From Bacillota bacterium (GTDB lineage Bacteria > Bacillota > Bacilli > Lactobacillales > Aerococcaceae): a DNA stretch of 54,575 nucleotides. Under the pieces are notes generated by a model that made no database searches, was not told where the DNA came from, and saw nothing but the letters and a program-made list of their open reading frames with translations. Both the position numbers and the translations under genes were made by a program. The stretch lies in contig JAEZWY010000230.1 of NCBI GenBank assembly GCA_023442905.1, forward strand, positions 1-54,575. The letters run 5' to 3'. Every line of letters starts with the position of its first letter. The first letter of the stretch is position 1. This document shows positions 9,228 through 19,688 of the stretch, piece by piece.

Positions 9228-11699
9228 TTATATTTGTTTTGGTAAGGCTTCCCATACTCGCATATCTTCCTGACCTAATGACCAAATAGCAATGCCTCGT
9301 AACTTCCATTTGTAAGCTGCCTCGTTTGCCCAATAAACCAAGCTATCAACATCTTGATAATAAAGAATTGAAAAACCATCCGCATCTCCTAGAAATAATC
9401 GTGATATCCAAAGATTAATATCCTTTGGTTTTATTTTGACGGTATAATCATTTCCAGCAATTAGTGGTAATTCTTGTGAGTGGAAGAAATCATAGTCCAT
9501 TGATATATCATCACTTCTTGTGCTTATCTCTTCCACATCATTATTTACTTTAAAGACTTGAAACTCGTTATTCCAAGTAACATCTGTTCTTGGTATTCTT
9601 CCAAATTCTACTGTGTTTCCATTTGGAAAAGTTATATCTACACTTTCATATGGTTCGTATGTCCATGCATCTCCTAAACGGAGTAAGTCAGATATCATGC
9701 GGTTATCTGAGCGAATTCCTGCATAGCCTCCACTGAAATCGTTTATATCCACTTTAAATCTGAATGTGTTTGCTGCCCCGGAATACACCCTAACAGAATT
9801 ATTTCGTATTCGCATTTCAATCGTATAAAGATTAGGTGCGGTTCGTAAGTTAGCATTTGGGGTGCGTTCTATTTGAACATTATAACTTCCTAGTAATGAA
9901 CTACCTTTATACAATTCCAAACGCTGGGTACTATAGTTTAAACAACAAAATAAATCTCCACAGAATACTCCCGCTCGCCCATTCCCATTTTGCAGAAAAC
10001 CTATTCTCGCCCTAATGTGTATATCTTTAAAATCGGAATACCTCCATGTCAATTCACCTTTTCCATCAAGCTGTGCATAAGGACGTGGATTGTTAAAATC
10101 ATCTTTTTTCCATACTTCCCATTCACCGCTTAGGGTTGTCCAATAATTGCTAGGTAGCGGATTTTCATCCCTGAAGTCCTCGTACCAGATAAGGGCTGAG
10201 TCTGGCTTTCTTCTCAATACTTCAGTCGTTAATTTAAATGCCCGATCCGGTTCCACCATTTGACCATTTACCCCTTTAAATTTTCTTGGAGCAAGTAAGA
10301 ACTCCGCTTCACCCGCGCTAGATGATTGTTGAAAGTCTGAGCAAACTCTAAAACCATAAAACTGTACACCAGGTATTCCTGCTTTAACTTTGATGGTATG
10401 TGCACCTGCTGTTAAGGATATATTCTTCTTTAACGTTAACCAGCAAGTCGTTCTCCAATAAGGCCACCATAGCCTACCTTCTTTAAAGGTTGTTTCATCA
10501 TTATTAATTGATATTTTAATCGTATTTTTATCCCAAAAAGGAAAACCAATCCTTACTGCAATGTCATAAGTTCCACTAGATTGCAATGTGAAATTGTATG
10601 TTGTTTCACCGTTTTCCCCAAGAGTAACCATCTGAGAAGAATCAGATACAATTCCCGCATGACTATCATAATTACTGCCTTGACGGTCAATATATATATT
10701 TCCAAACTCCGTCTTTTGTTGTTTACTATATGCTGTTAAAAAGCTTCTTCGGTTATAATCTTCTGCAATTAATGGATTTGTTCGTGTGATTGCATCTGGA
10801 CCCTCCATGTAATCATAGACATGTGGCAAAGCCCATGGGACTTTATCATAATCATCCCAATAAGCAATGATAGGGATCATTGGTTGAGGTGGTGCATCAT
10901 CTGTAAAATTGTACCCTCCTGTCATCCAAAGCTGTGCAGCATAATATGTGTTGGACGTACCACGATAAACCCTATTTAAATTCTGAGGAGTATCATCAAT
11001 TCGCCAGTTCCAACCATAACCTGGAAGGCCTAAGAATATCTTCTTTGGAGACATAACACTTGTTGCATAATTATATATACCTTCCAGCCAATCTCGAGGA
11101 GAAACGGGCCCTGGAGCGGAGCCTGCCCAAGCCATCCCATAACTCATAATCGCAGCTGTATCACAATAAGAATCTAAATCTTCATATACACACCAGTTTT
11201 CTCCACCCACTGAACCTTGAACCCCTGTCATTCCAGGTAAGCAAATATTGACAAGCTTTGATGAGTCATGTTGTTTGACAGTTTGATAAATATCTTTAAA
11301 TAAAAGGTTTGCGGCATCTTTATTTTCATAACCACCACCACGTTCCAAATCAATATCAACACCATCACACCATGGATACTTATTCATGATTCGAACGATT
11401 TCAGATAAAAACTTATCCTTTGCACCATTTGTGTTATTTCTGATTGCTGTAAATATTGATGCCGTTCCATGATTCATGATTGTTAGCAACCATTTTATAT
11501 GCGGCCATTTATTGATATATAGCATCATGCTCGATATACTTGTCCCTGTTTCTTTAATAGTACCTGTAATATCTACCTCAAATGTAAATATACCGACCGT
11601 ATCAAGCCTATCCCCGTATTTGTTTAAAGCCTCATACATTCTTGCGTTTCCCATGAAACTCCACACCATTGTCTTTTTGCCTTCTAGATATTGACTCAT
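9228..11699 (-). CDS. GH18 glycoside hydrolase with inserted beta-sandwich domains (tail-associated)
   Basis: DGVDIDLE (DxxDxDxE), IMSYG, PGPVSPRDW, C-terminal LRGIAIWSLGQED. Confidence 0.85.
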   Translation of the reverse strand: MSQYLEGKKTMVWSFMGNARMYEALNKYGDRLDTVGIFTFEVDITGTIKETGTSISSMMLYINKWPHIKWLLTIMNHGTASIFTAIRNNTNGAKDKFLSEIVRIMNKYPWCDGVDIDLERGGGYENKDAANLLFKDIYQTVKQHDSSKLVNICLPGMTGVQGSVGGENWCVYEDLDSYCDTAAIMSYGMAWAGSAPGPVSPRDWLEGIYNYATSVMSPKKIFLGLPGYGWNWRIDDTPQNLNRVYRGTSNTYYAAQLWMTGGYNFTDDAPPQPMIPIIAYWDDYDKVPWALPHVYDYMEGPDAITRTNPLIAEDYNRRSFLTAYSKQQKTEFGNIYIDRQGSNYDSHAGIVSDSSQMVTLGENGETTYNFTLQSSGTYDIAVRIGFPFWDKNTIKISINNDETTFKEGRLWWPYWRTTCWLTLKKNISLTAGAHTIKVKAGIPGVQFYGFRVCSDFQQSSSAGEAEFLLAPRKFKGVNGQMVEPDRAFKLTTEVLRRKPDSALIWYEDFRDENPLPSNYWTTLSGEWEVWKKDDFNNPRPYAQLDGKGELTWRYSDFKDIHIRARIGFLQNGNGRAGVFCGDLFCCLNYSTQRLELYKGSSLLGSYNVQIERTPNANLRTAPNLYTIEMRIRNNSVRVYSGAANTFRFKVDINDFSGGYAGIRSDNRMISDLLRLGDAWTYEPYESVDITFPNGNTVEFGRIPRTDVTWNNEFQVFKVNNDVEEISTRSDDISMDYDFFHSQELPLIAGNDYTVKIKPKDINLWISRLFLGDADGFSILYYQDVDSLVYWANEAAYKWKLRGIAIWSLGQEDMRVWEALPKQI

Positions 11700-12286
11700 A
11701 GCTTGTCACTTCCTTCTTGCATTTCCTGGAATTCAAATAAAACTCGTGCTGCTTTTCCTTCTTCGAGTTCTACAATATGTTTACTATCAGATGCTGCGGT
11801 ATATTGATAGAACCCTTCTTTTTCTGTTTTGGTTTGATTTCGCAACGCTTGTCTACTTGAAGCCAATAATGAAAATGTATCATCTGGATTTGCTACAGCT
11901 TTAAATTTCATATGGTGGGATCCATATCCTTGCGAAAGTTTAATACTTCCTGCTTTCATTGATTGAAGGGGTGTGATATGACAATCCAGTCCTGCAGATG
12001 TTGTTCCCAGATTAAATATGACAATCGTTTCTTTACTTCTAACCACTCCTTTATAGAAACGAACTGGGAGAACCCCGCTTTCTTCTCTATATTTTTCAAG
12101 TGAGGTTTCTGTGTTTAAGACATATCCCGTTAGCTTATCGCCTTCTTGAAGTTGTATATCTGTATAATAAATCGTCCCCGTACAGTCTGTAACGAACAAT
12201 TTCAAAGTTACATTTACGACTCTTTTATCTTCTTTCACACGTATCGTTTCACTAAATCGAGTAAATTGTATCGCCATTCGAATCAC
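11696..12286 (-). CDS. Tail-tip accessory protein
   Basis: N-terminal DCTGTIYYTDIQLQEG is paralogous to the adjacent 67-aa ORF. Confidence 0.6.
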   Translation of the reverse strand: MIRMAIQFTRFSETIRVKEDKRVVNVTLKLFVTDCTGTIYYTDIQLQEGDKLTGYVLNTETSLEKYREESGVLPVRFYKGVVRSKETIVIFNLGTTSAGLDCHITPLQSMKAGSIKLSQGYGSHHMKFKAVANPDDTFSLLASSRQALRNQTKTEKEGFYQYTAASDSKHIVELEEGKAARVLFEFQEMQEGSDKL

Positions 12287-12490
12287 CTAACCATCAAGAG
12301 TCCACTTTATTTCTGATACATGCCCAACCCATCCAGTAGCGATTGAGCCACCTTGCAAAAGAATATCTGTAAAATACACTGTCCCAGTGCAATCTTTTAC
12401 AAATAATTGAATTGTTAATTTCTTAATTTCCCCAGATCCTTTTGGAGTAATTACATGTGCAGTTTGAGTTAAAAAAACCATTTCAAACAC
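12287..12490 (-). CDS. Small tail-tip protein (half beta-sandwich)
   Basis: DCTGTVYFTDILLQGGSIATGW. GAGGTG RBS suggests a start at ATG ~12481. Confidence 0.6.
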   Translation of the reverse strand: MFEMVFLTQTAHVITPKGSGEIKKLTIQLFVKDCTGTVYFTDILLQGGSIATGWVGHVSEIKWTLDG

Positions 12491-12492
12491 CT

Positions 12493-15012
12493 CTAATATA
12501 AATCAATAATTCTCTTTTCAATCGTTCCATCTTCGTATTCAATTTCCACTTCAATCCCTACTTGCCCATTTGGTCCTTTCTCTAAATTTTCAGAACCAAT
12601 TTGTGCGGATATAGTATAATTCTTTCGATTTGCTGGATATACGGTTTGATACATAGATTTCGTCCTTCCCAAAACACCTTCAGCTTTAAAGGATGCATCT
12701 CCGCTTGCACCATTGTTAGGGGCAACTGTAAAACCAGAATTCACCCAATACGTAAATCCATCATCTGCCCTTGAATTTCTCAAATGATTAAACGGTACTA
12801 AATCCTTTATTTCCTGCCGATCAAGCACATCTGTATCATGTAGCATATCTGCAGCCTTATCCCACTGGGCTGATGAATCACCTAATTCTTTTAATTTCGT
12901 TGACAGTTCAATCACTGTTTTCCATGGTTCTTGCAAATTGTACTGCCTGCGTACGATACGAGTCTTAACTTGTAAGTTTAATTCTTTATCGTTCACCGTA
13001 ACAATATCTCCTAGATCCCACTCTTCGTGTTCATAACCCGTTAGTACAGACAAGTCCATTGCTGTTAAAACATACGACACTCTCGGTTTTGCATATTGTC
13101 CTAATCTCATATTTGCAAACTCCAACATTTGATAAGGATTGCTAAAGGATGAGGCATCAAGTGTTGCTATCCGTGCCTCTGATGTAAAGCTATAATCTTC
13201 TACATATGCTTTGTTATTATTGATAGATGAAAATGTCATGCCATCTTTACCGTATGCGTATAATCTTGTCACTAAACTTCTTGTATCCACTGTTCTTTGA
13301 ATACTTTTCATATTCTTTCTATAGCTAAATAACGCACCACTATCTTTACCGCCAAATGTCAGTAAATGAACTAAACGATTCGCACTATCAAAAATTAAAT
13401 CTCCACCATGGATATTTTGCACTTCTCGTAATATAGATAATGCATTTTTCTCCTCTGATTCCCACGTCCGCTTTGTAGTTACATTCACATTTCCAACAGA
13501 CCACTCCGTTCCTTCTAACGCATATTTCATCGGGACATCAGCAGTATCTGCATTAAATTCAATAGGCTGTTTGTCCGTACTAAAAGCTAAGTCATAAAAA
13601 TCTGCTTCTGCATATACGTGAGTGATGATATTACCTTCTTGGCTTTTTTCATCCGTTATCGTTCGTATGCGATACACATCGTCTACGATTTGAATTTGTT
13701 TTTCGTTTTCAATACTTTCCCTTTTTAAATCATGAAAAGGAATCTTAAACTCTAAGATGTCAGCACCATTAATTTCACTTGTAACAATGACATCAAACGC
13801 ATTTTCTAAAACTGCATCCCATGCTCCATTACTATCCAAAACGACAGGCCTAGCAAATCCAAGTTTTTCATAGGCAGGTTTTGGGATATCATGCAATATA
13901 ACTTCTATTAGTTTCGGTGTTTTCGTTTCATCTTCTGTCGTTAAAGTAATGCGATAGCGGATATAGGCTCTATTAGGTGAAATTAATTCACCTGTTGGTC
14001 CAATTGTTTGCCACGAAGTCCAATCCTCAAGGTCATCTGATGTGGATGTTTCAACTAAACTAATCGCAGTGGTCCCAGCAATATATTCACTAGTTACTGA
14101 AACTCTACCATTGCCACCTAAACTACACTTTTTAGGTATTGTATAGAGCACACCACTACCTGGATACTTGTTATCTTCTTGCTTTAAAATAACAGCACCT
14201 GGTTCCGTTAATGCATCTACTTGGGATGCACTATCTGCACCATTTGCTTGAATAGAAGATTTAAAATGTAAGTGTATATCTTCCATTGTTAACTTTGAAT
14301 CTTTCTCAAAAAACCAATCATCAAAACCACCAGCATAGTAATACGTATCTTGTAACATACCCACGACAATGTCAGCGGTACATTCTTCATTCAATACACC
14401 TGTATAATTTCTTACAGATGATTGCCAAGTTGCCCCGTTCGACCTGTCACCGATAAAGTTTTGAATTGTTTTATCAGTCCTATTAATAATTGTTGTGATA
14501 AAATACCAACCATTATTTACAAAGCTAATACTTGGTGTCTCGGATGTATCATAAATTAATGTCCCAGCATTGTTATAAAGCATTAATCGTAGTCTTCCTT
14601 GATATAACGAAATATACAGGATTGGTTGTCCTGGTCCATTTCTTGTACTAAATATAGGAATAAATGTTTGACCGATTGAATAGGTTGTTGGATTTATCCA
14701 GCCACCGACAACAATTTTCTCCCCTAAATCAGTAAAAAAGCTACCATCATTGGTAGCGGTAAGATATGTCTTTTCACTTGTTGGATTGACAATATTCTGC
14801 CTGAAAAATCGTCCAAATTTCCCTGCCACTAAACTTGCAGATGTTCCAGACCAATTTGATATAGTAAAATGATGATTATTTGTGCCACTATCTATCAGCT
14901 TACTTTCATTTGGTTGTGATTCATTAAAACGCCATAATGCAACTGTTTCATCATGAATCGGAAACTCACCAGTAAAATCTGTTTGAGATGTTACAACCGA
15001 TTGAATCGCCAT
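12493..15012 (-). CDS. Tail spike / Tal-like protein (LamG-like N-terminus + prophage tail endopeptidase domain)
   Basis: ALWRFNE...GGWINP...GGFDDW, then NMKSIQRTVDTRSLVTRLYAYGKDG...LGDIVTV. Follows Dit. Confidence 0.8.
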   Translation of the reverse strand: MAIQSVVTSQTDFTGEFPIHDETVALWRFNESQPNESKLIDSGTNNHHFTISNWSGTSASLVAGKFGRFFRQNIVNPTSEKTYLTATNDGSFFTDLGEKIVVGGWINPTTYSIGQTFIPIFSTRNGPGQPILYISLYQGRLRLMLYNNAGTLIYDTSETPSISFVNNGWYFITTIINRTDKTIQNFIGDRSNGATWQSSVRNYTGVLNEECTADIVVGMLQDTYYYAGGFDDWFFEKDSKLTMEDIHLHFKSSIQANGADSASQVDALTEPGAVILKQEDNKYPGSGVLYTIPKKCSLGGNGRVSVTSEYIAGTTAISLVETSTSDDLEDWTSWQTIGPTGELISPNRAYIRYRITLTTEDETKTPKLIEVILHDIPKPAYEKLGFARPVVLDSNGAWDAVLENAFDVIVTSEINGADILEFKIPFHDLKRESIENEKQIQIVDDVYRIRTITDEKSQEGNIITHVYAEADFYDLAFSTDKQPIEFNADTADVPMKYALEGTEWSVGNVNVTTKRTWESEEKNALSILREVQNIHGGDLIFDSANRLVHLLTFGGKDSGALFSYRKNMKSIQRTVDTRSLVTRLYAYGKDGMTFSSINNNKAYVEDYSFTSEARIATLDASSFSNPYQMLEFANMRLGQYAKPRVSYVLTAMDLSVLTGYEHEEWDLGDIVTVNDKELNLQVKTRIVRRQYNLQEPWKTVIELSTKLKELGDSSAQWDKAADMLHDTDVLDRQEIKDLVPFNHLRNSRADDGFTYWVNSGFTVAPNNGASGDASFKAEGVLGRTKSMYQTVYPANRKNYTISAQIGSENLEKGPNGQVGIEVEIEYEDGTIEKRIIDLY

Positions 15013-15019
15013 GTTAATA

Positions 15020-15793
15020 TCACCTCCATCTACTTTGACTTAATACGTGAAGTTCCGTAAATGTTGCTCCTGTACTACTTACTTCTATTTCATTACTGCC
15101 AGGATATAAAACTGGAAAGTTTAACTCGTCTAAAACAGACAACCCATTTCGGATTGTATTACCACTTGAATCTGTTATTTTTGCCGTTAGCAATCCACTA
15201 TCAACGATTAATATTTCATTTGATGATAATGGTCCATTAACTTTTAAACTTTCGCCATTTGTGGTAACCGTTAAAAATGTTGAACTTGAACTACTGATAT
15301 TTCCTTTCATTCGATATATCGGGAAAGATTCTATATTGCCTAACTCTCTTTCAACTACATGGCTACCAGTAGAATTAATCGTAAATTGCTCATCTGTAAT
15401 CGCATAACCATAAGGGTCTGGACAAACAAATGTAAGTTCAAAGGAACCTGCACTTCTTAATATTCGTTCACAATCCACTTCCTCTACTAAACGTGCTAAA
15501 AAATATCTGTTTGGAATATCGTCTAGCACTAATTGTTTTAATCCTAAATTAGGGTTCAACCATTCAGCTACATCATCCAATAGATGAATTACTTCGGTAA
15601 ATGAATGCTGCGGAAAAATATTACAAATGACTTTGATATATTTTTCTGATGTATCTGAACCTAGATCGGCAATTCCCATTCGACCAGGTATAACTTCAAA
15701 TGCATTTCTAGGAGCGGGAGAAACTTGCCAACTAACAATTCTTGCAGTGATTTTCATGTTTTTCGAATGAACGCCATCAAATGTAAACCCCAT
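15020..15793 (-). CDS. Distal tail protein (Dit)
   Basis: MGFTFDGVHS...IPGRMG...FVCPDPYGY...PGSNEI, directly after the TMP. Confidence 0.85.
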   Translation of the reverse strand: MGFTFDGVHSKNMKITARIVSWQVSPAPRNAFEVIPGRMGIADLGSDTSEKYIKVICNIFPQHSFTEVIHLLDDVAEWLNPNLGLKQLVLDDIPNRYFLARLVEEVDCERILRSAGSFELTFVCPDPYGYAITDEQFTINSTGSHVVERELGNIESFPIYRMKGNISSSSSTFLTVTTNGESLKVNGPLSSNEILIVDSGLLTAKITDSSGNTIRNGLSVLDELNFPVLYPGSNEIEVSSTGATFTELHVLSQSRWR

Positions 15794-15808
15794 TCATCCC
15801 ACTCCTTT

Positions 15809-18430
15809 CTAACTTGGCACGAACCTCCCTTGTGCTCGAGACCCTGTTTGAATTAAGTTATATAATTCTTGTGAAACTTTTCTAATATCATCTTCACTTC
15901 TGACAATCATTTGTTGGATCGTAATTAATGATCCATATCCATCTTGACTTGTTGTAATACCGTTTGCCCCTACATTCACGTTTGATTGAATGTCGAAATC
16001 TGTCGGAACTGCATCTTGTATATCCTCAGAAACTTGACTCATTGCCTTATCAAAACCAACCCCTAAACCTTGAGCCATATCATCACCAATACCAGCAAAT
16101 ACAGTTGATGGAGATTTAATACCAAGTAAACCTTTTACTCCACTTACAATTCCACCTACAAAATTACTGATTTTATCTTTGATCCAAGTAACCATGGAGG
16201 CAATTCCATCCCAAAGACCACGTACAATATTTCGACCGATTTCGACAATTGCAATTGCTGCTTTTCCTATTCCCGTAATTAATGCCATCACAATTTGTGG
16301 TAAAGCAGCGACCAGGGAAGGGATAGCTTTAATTATGCCTACTACTAATTGCAAAATGATACGGATCCCCATATCGATAATCATCGGTAAGTTTGAGGTA
16401 ATAAAGTTAATAATGGAATTTAAAATTTGTGGTAAGGCTGCAATCAATCTGGGTAATGCCGCAACAATACCTTCAGCTAATGCCATGATAATTCGTAGAG
16501 CGGCATTTAATATTTGCCCTAAATTATTGATTAACGTATCTACTATTAAAATGATTGCATCGATGACTGCTGGAATTAGCTGTGGTAAGGCATCTGCTAT
16601 TCCGTTCGCTAATGCGACAACAATTTGGATAGCCGCATTAATTAAAATAGGTAAATTTTCAATGATAAACTCTGCAACAGTTGTTACTAAATATACGACC
16701 ATCTCAACTAACGGCTCGATATTCCCTACAATCGCTTCAATAATTCCTGTTAATAAAGCAATTGCACCTTCTAATAAAGGTGGCAGTAAAGTAGGCAAAA
16801 GTTCTACCAATACATTCACCAGTTCTGTTAGCATCGTGGCTATCATATTAATGGCATCTGGGATATACTCTGTAATTCGATTAATTCCTTGTATTAAAAA
16901 AGATGATATTCTCTCGCCTATAGCGGTAATATCACCTTCTTGAACTCCATCATTTAATATTTCAGTTATATCTCGAACTAATTCTGTTACATCACCAACT
17001 GCCCCTTGGGCCATTTCTGCAAACTGTTCTCCAATAACGATTTGTAATCCCTCATATGCTGACTTTAAACTTCGAACCGAACCTGCAAGACCGCTCTCCA
17101 TCGTATCCGACATTTGCTGTGCGGCACCATCGGCATTTTCAAGTTCCTTATATAGATTATTCATCTCATCGCCAGTTCCAGATAATAAAGCATTCACACC
17201 CGCTAGGTCTTGTTTATTGAAAATATTGCTTAATGCGTTCATTTTATCCGCTTCTGACAATCCATCGAGTTCCTTATTTAAATCGGTAAATATATCGTTC
17301 ATATCTCGAATATTCCCAGATGAATCAGTAACGCTTATGCCTAGACTTTCTAATTCTTTTGCAGCAGCTGAAGTGGGAGATGTTAAAGACATAATGATGT
17401 TTCTAAGTTTCGTTCCACCTTCTGCGCCTTTTATCCCGCGGTTTGCTAGGACTCCCAACATCACATTCAAAGTATCCAAATCTTGGCCAGCATTTTTCAT
17501 TGTTGCTCCTGCAACAAGAATACCTTCACCTAATTGCTGTACATCTGTGTTGGACTTTTGTGATGTCTTTGCCATTTTGTCCATATACAGATCCATATCA
17601 GCGATTTCAAGACCTAAGGCAGCCATGGAATCTGTCACCAAGTCAGATGCCCTTGCTAAATCCATATCACCCGCAGCTGCAAGGGTAAGCACACCAGGTA
17701 ATGCACCAATCGCCTGTTCTGTATCATATCCCGCTAAAGCTAGATAATTTAATGCTTCGGCTGATTCTGATGCCGAGAAACGTGTAGTTGCTCCCGCATC
17801 TTTTGCTGCTTGAGATAATTTACTAAAGGCTTCTTCCCCTTCTTCGCCTGTAAGTCCCATTGTTGCTTGAACTTGCTTCATGGCATCTTCATATTCGCCA
17901 TAAACATTTAAAGAGTCCTTTATAAACTTACCTGATGCGACTGCCCCAGTTCCAATTGCGGCCATTGCCGCAGCCGCTGCTTTTAAACCGGCTACTAATA
18001 CTTTACCTGCAATATCACCCGCTGTTTTTAAACCATTCACAAGTTTTTCTACTTTTTCTCGATTAAGATTCTTTACTTCTTCTTGTGAGTCCTTCAGTTC
18101 ACGTTCTAAGTTATTTAACTCAGCATTCGCATTATTTAACTGGGTTTGCCAAGAAAGTGTTCTTCTATCATTTTCTCCAAAGGATTCAGCAGCATTGGCA
18201 AGAGCCTTTTCTAGTGTTGATACTTTTTCCTTTTGTGAATCAATTTCTTTATTCAATACTGCATTTCTTGCGGTTATTGCTTTAATAGATTTATCATTTC
18301 TATCGAATTCTGATGTCACTAATTTCATTTCTGAGCCTAACACTCTGAAGCTTTGATTTATCTCACGTAACGACTTCTTAAATTCACGTTCTCCTTCAAC
18401 ACCAATTTTAAGTCCAAAATTGTCTGCCAT
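15809..18430 (-). CDS. Tape measure protein (TP901-type core)
   Basis: FSASESAEALNYLALAG, GIKGAEGGTKLRN, amphipathic repeats, GIKSPSTVF. Start at MADNF (RBS AGGAGGT). Confidence 0.92.
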   Translation of the reverse strand: MADNFGLKIGVEGEREFKKSLREINQSFRVLGSEMKLVTSEFDRNDKSIKAITARNAVLNKEIDSQKEKVSTLEKALANAAESFGENDRRTLSWQTQLNNANAELNNLERELKDSQEEVKNLNREKVEKLVNGLKTAGDIAGKVLVAGLKAAAAAMAAIGTGAVASGKFIKDSLNVYGEYEDAMKQVQATMGLTGEEGEEAFSKLSQAAKDAGATTRFSASESAEALNYLALAGYDTEQAIGALPGVLTLAAAGDMDLARASDLVTDSMAALGLEIADMDLYMDKMAKTSQKSNTDVQQLGEGILVAGATMKNAGQDLDTLNVMLGVLANRGIKGAEGGTKLRNIIMSLTSPTSAAAKELESLGISVTDSSGNIRDMNDIFTDLNKELDGLSEADKMNALSNIFNKQDLAGVNALLSGTGDEMNNLYKELENADGAAQQMSDTMESGLAGSVRSLKSAYEGLQIVIGEQFAEMAQGAVGDVTELVRDITEILNDGVQEGDITAIGERISSFLIQGINRITEYIPDAINMIATMLTELVNVLVELLPTLLPPLLEGAIALLTGIIEAIVGNIEPLVEMVVYLVTTVAEFIIENLPILINAAIQIVVALANGIADALPQLIPAVIDAIILIVDTLINNLGQILNAALRIIMALAEGIVAALPRLIAALPQILNSIINFITSNLPMIIDMGIRIILQLVVGIIKAIPSLVAALPQIVMALITGIGKAAIAIVEIGRNIVRGLWDGIASMVTWIKDKISNFVGGIVSGVKGLLGIKSPSTVFAGIGDDMAQGLGVGFDKAMSQVSEDIQDAVPTDFDIQSNVNVGANGITTSQDGYGSLITIQQMIVRSEDDIRKVSQELYNLIQTGSRAQGRFVPS

Positions 18431-18501
18431 ACTGCCACCTCCTAACCATAACAAGTAAAAAAGCACCTCTTTGATTTGAGGTACTAGTAGAAACTTTATA
18501 T

Positions 18502-18678
18502 TTAAATACCATATGGAATAACTTCATCAATTGAAAGTTCATTTTTAGGTTTTGTGAGACCTGTGAATTGTTTGTGGATTTCCCATTGATCAAGTAAATG
18601 GCCAATAGGCATTAACCACACTTCTTCTTCAGTCCTTTTTAGCTGCGTGACTCCATAATAAATAAGTCGAGCAAACAT
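18502..18678 (-). CDS. Tail assembly chaperone C-terminal extension (gpT-like), probably reached by -1 frameshift
   Basis: MFARLIYYGVTQLKRTEEEVWLMPIGHLLDQWEIHKQ...PYGI in the -1 frame after slippery A AAA AAC (18711-18705). Confidence 0.7.
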   Translation of the reverse strand: MFARLIYYGVTQLKRTEEEVWLMPIGHLLDQWEIHKQFTGLTKPKNELSIDEVIPYGI

Positions 18679-18689
18679 TTCTTCATCGT

Positions 18690-19073
18690 TTACTCGACCA
18701 CTTCGTTTTTTGTATCGGTTTCCTCCGACTCAATATATCGTTTTGTCCCTTTAAACATTGCTTCCATAATTGCATCTTTAAAAGTTGCCATCTCAGCAGG
18801 AGATGTTAACAGTTCCACATCATCTTCCGTTAACAATTCTTTCTTTTCTTCGTTCAATCGATTATGGATATAAATACTTTGATTGGCAAGTAAGGTAATT
18901 AACCAGACAATTTCATCTAAAGCCATCTCAAAGTTTTCAGCTTTCATTAACTTTTCACCTAAATCTTCTAAGCCCCCATACCTTTTTGCAATTTCCTTTG
19001 TCGCTTTAGTTGTTAAGATTAATTCATAGTCCAAACCACCAATTGATATCTTTGCACTTCTTTCACTCGTCAT
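18690..19073 (-). CDS. Tail assembly chaperone (gpG-like)
   Basis: Between the major tail and TMP genes; acidic helical protein ending TKNEVVE. Confidence 0.75.
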   Translation of the reverse strand: MTSERSAKISIGGLDYELILTTKATKEIAKRYGGLEDLGEKLMKAENFEMALDEIVWLITLLANQSIYIHNRLNEEKKELLTEDDVELLTSPAEMATFKDAIMEAMFKGTKRYIESEETDTKNEVVE

Positions 19074-19088
19074 AATTGTTCGCTCCTT

Positions 19089-19685
19089 TTATCCTTCAGT
19101 TCCAGCAGCAAATACTGGTTCATACACTTCGCTATACCAACCGGTGATAATTTCTTGGTTTACCCCATCATCACCTTCGCTCACTTCAGCTTTCCATGGA
19201 TGCTTTCCTTGCCCATCAAGTTTGTTTCTCCGTAAAACCGTACCTTCAATTGTTGGTGTAGAGAAAGTAATACTATCTCCTTTTGTCGCAAGGTTTGTTG
19301 CTGGAATACCAAATTTCACTCGGTATAGCCAAAAATATCGGTGTTTTCCATTTGCCTTTTTCGCCCTAAAACCAATTGCAACTGGATCCCCGCCATCTTC
19401 ACTTGTGGAAATTAAGACATGGTTATCGTCAATTGTTGCCCCAGTTAAATCACTAGCTGCGGCCACACCGATATCATCAATACCAAGCGATAATGTTCCA
19501 CTTTGAAATTCTTTAATCACTTCAGCCGCACCATCGTCTGCATATAAAGTTGCTTCAGCTAACTCAACAGATAATTCAGCACTAATCGCCTTTGCTAAAG
19601 GAGTAGGAGTTTCATAGGTTTCATCACCATTTTCTCCTTCTGTTATTTTTGCATAATAAAGCCTATCCAATCCGATAGTTGCCAT
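19089..19685 (-). CDS. Major tail protein (phi13-family-like)
   Basis: IGLDRLYYA...LYADD...AIGFRAKKANG...WLYRVKF. Confidence 0.88.
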   Translation of the reverse strand: MATIGLDRLYYAKITEGENGDETYETPTPLAKAISAELSVELAEATLYADDGAAEVIKEFQSGTLSLGIDDIGVAAASDLTGATIDDNHVLISTSEDGGDPVAIGFRAKKANGKHRYFWLYRVKFGIPATNLATKGDSITFSTPTIEGTVLRRNKLDGQGKHPWKAEVSEGDDGVNQEIITGWYSEVYEPVFAAGTEG

Positions 19686-19688
19686 GAA

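Noticed and set aside
9228..15012. Diversity-generating retroelement or invertible tail-fibre shufflon
   Set aside because: No reverse transcriptase, no TR/VR pair and no inverted gene segments. The paralogous half-domains are diverged at the DNA level.
18408..18605. 65-aa - strand ORF between the chaperone and TMP genes
   Set aside because: Wrong frame; the protein-like product is the -1 frame ORF ending at 18502.
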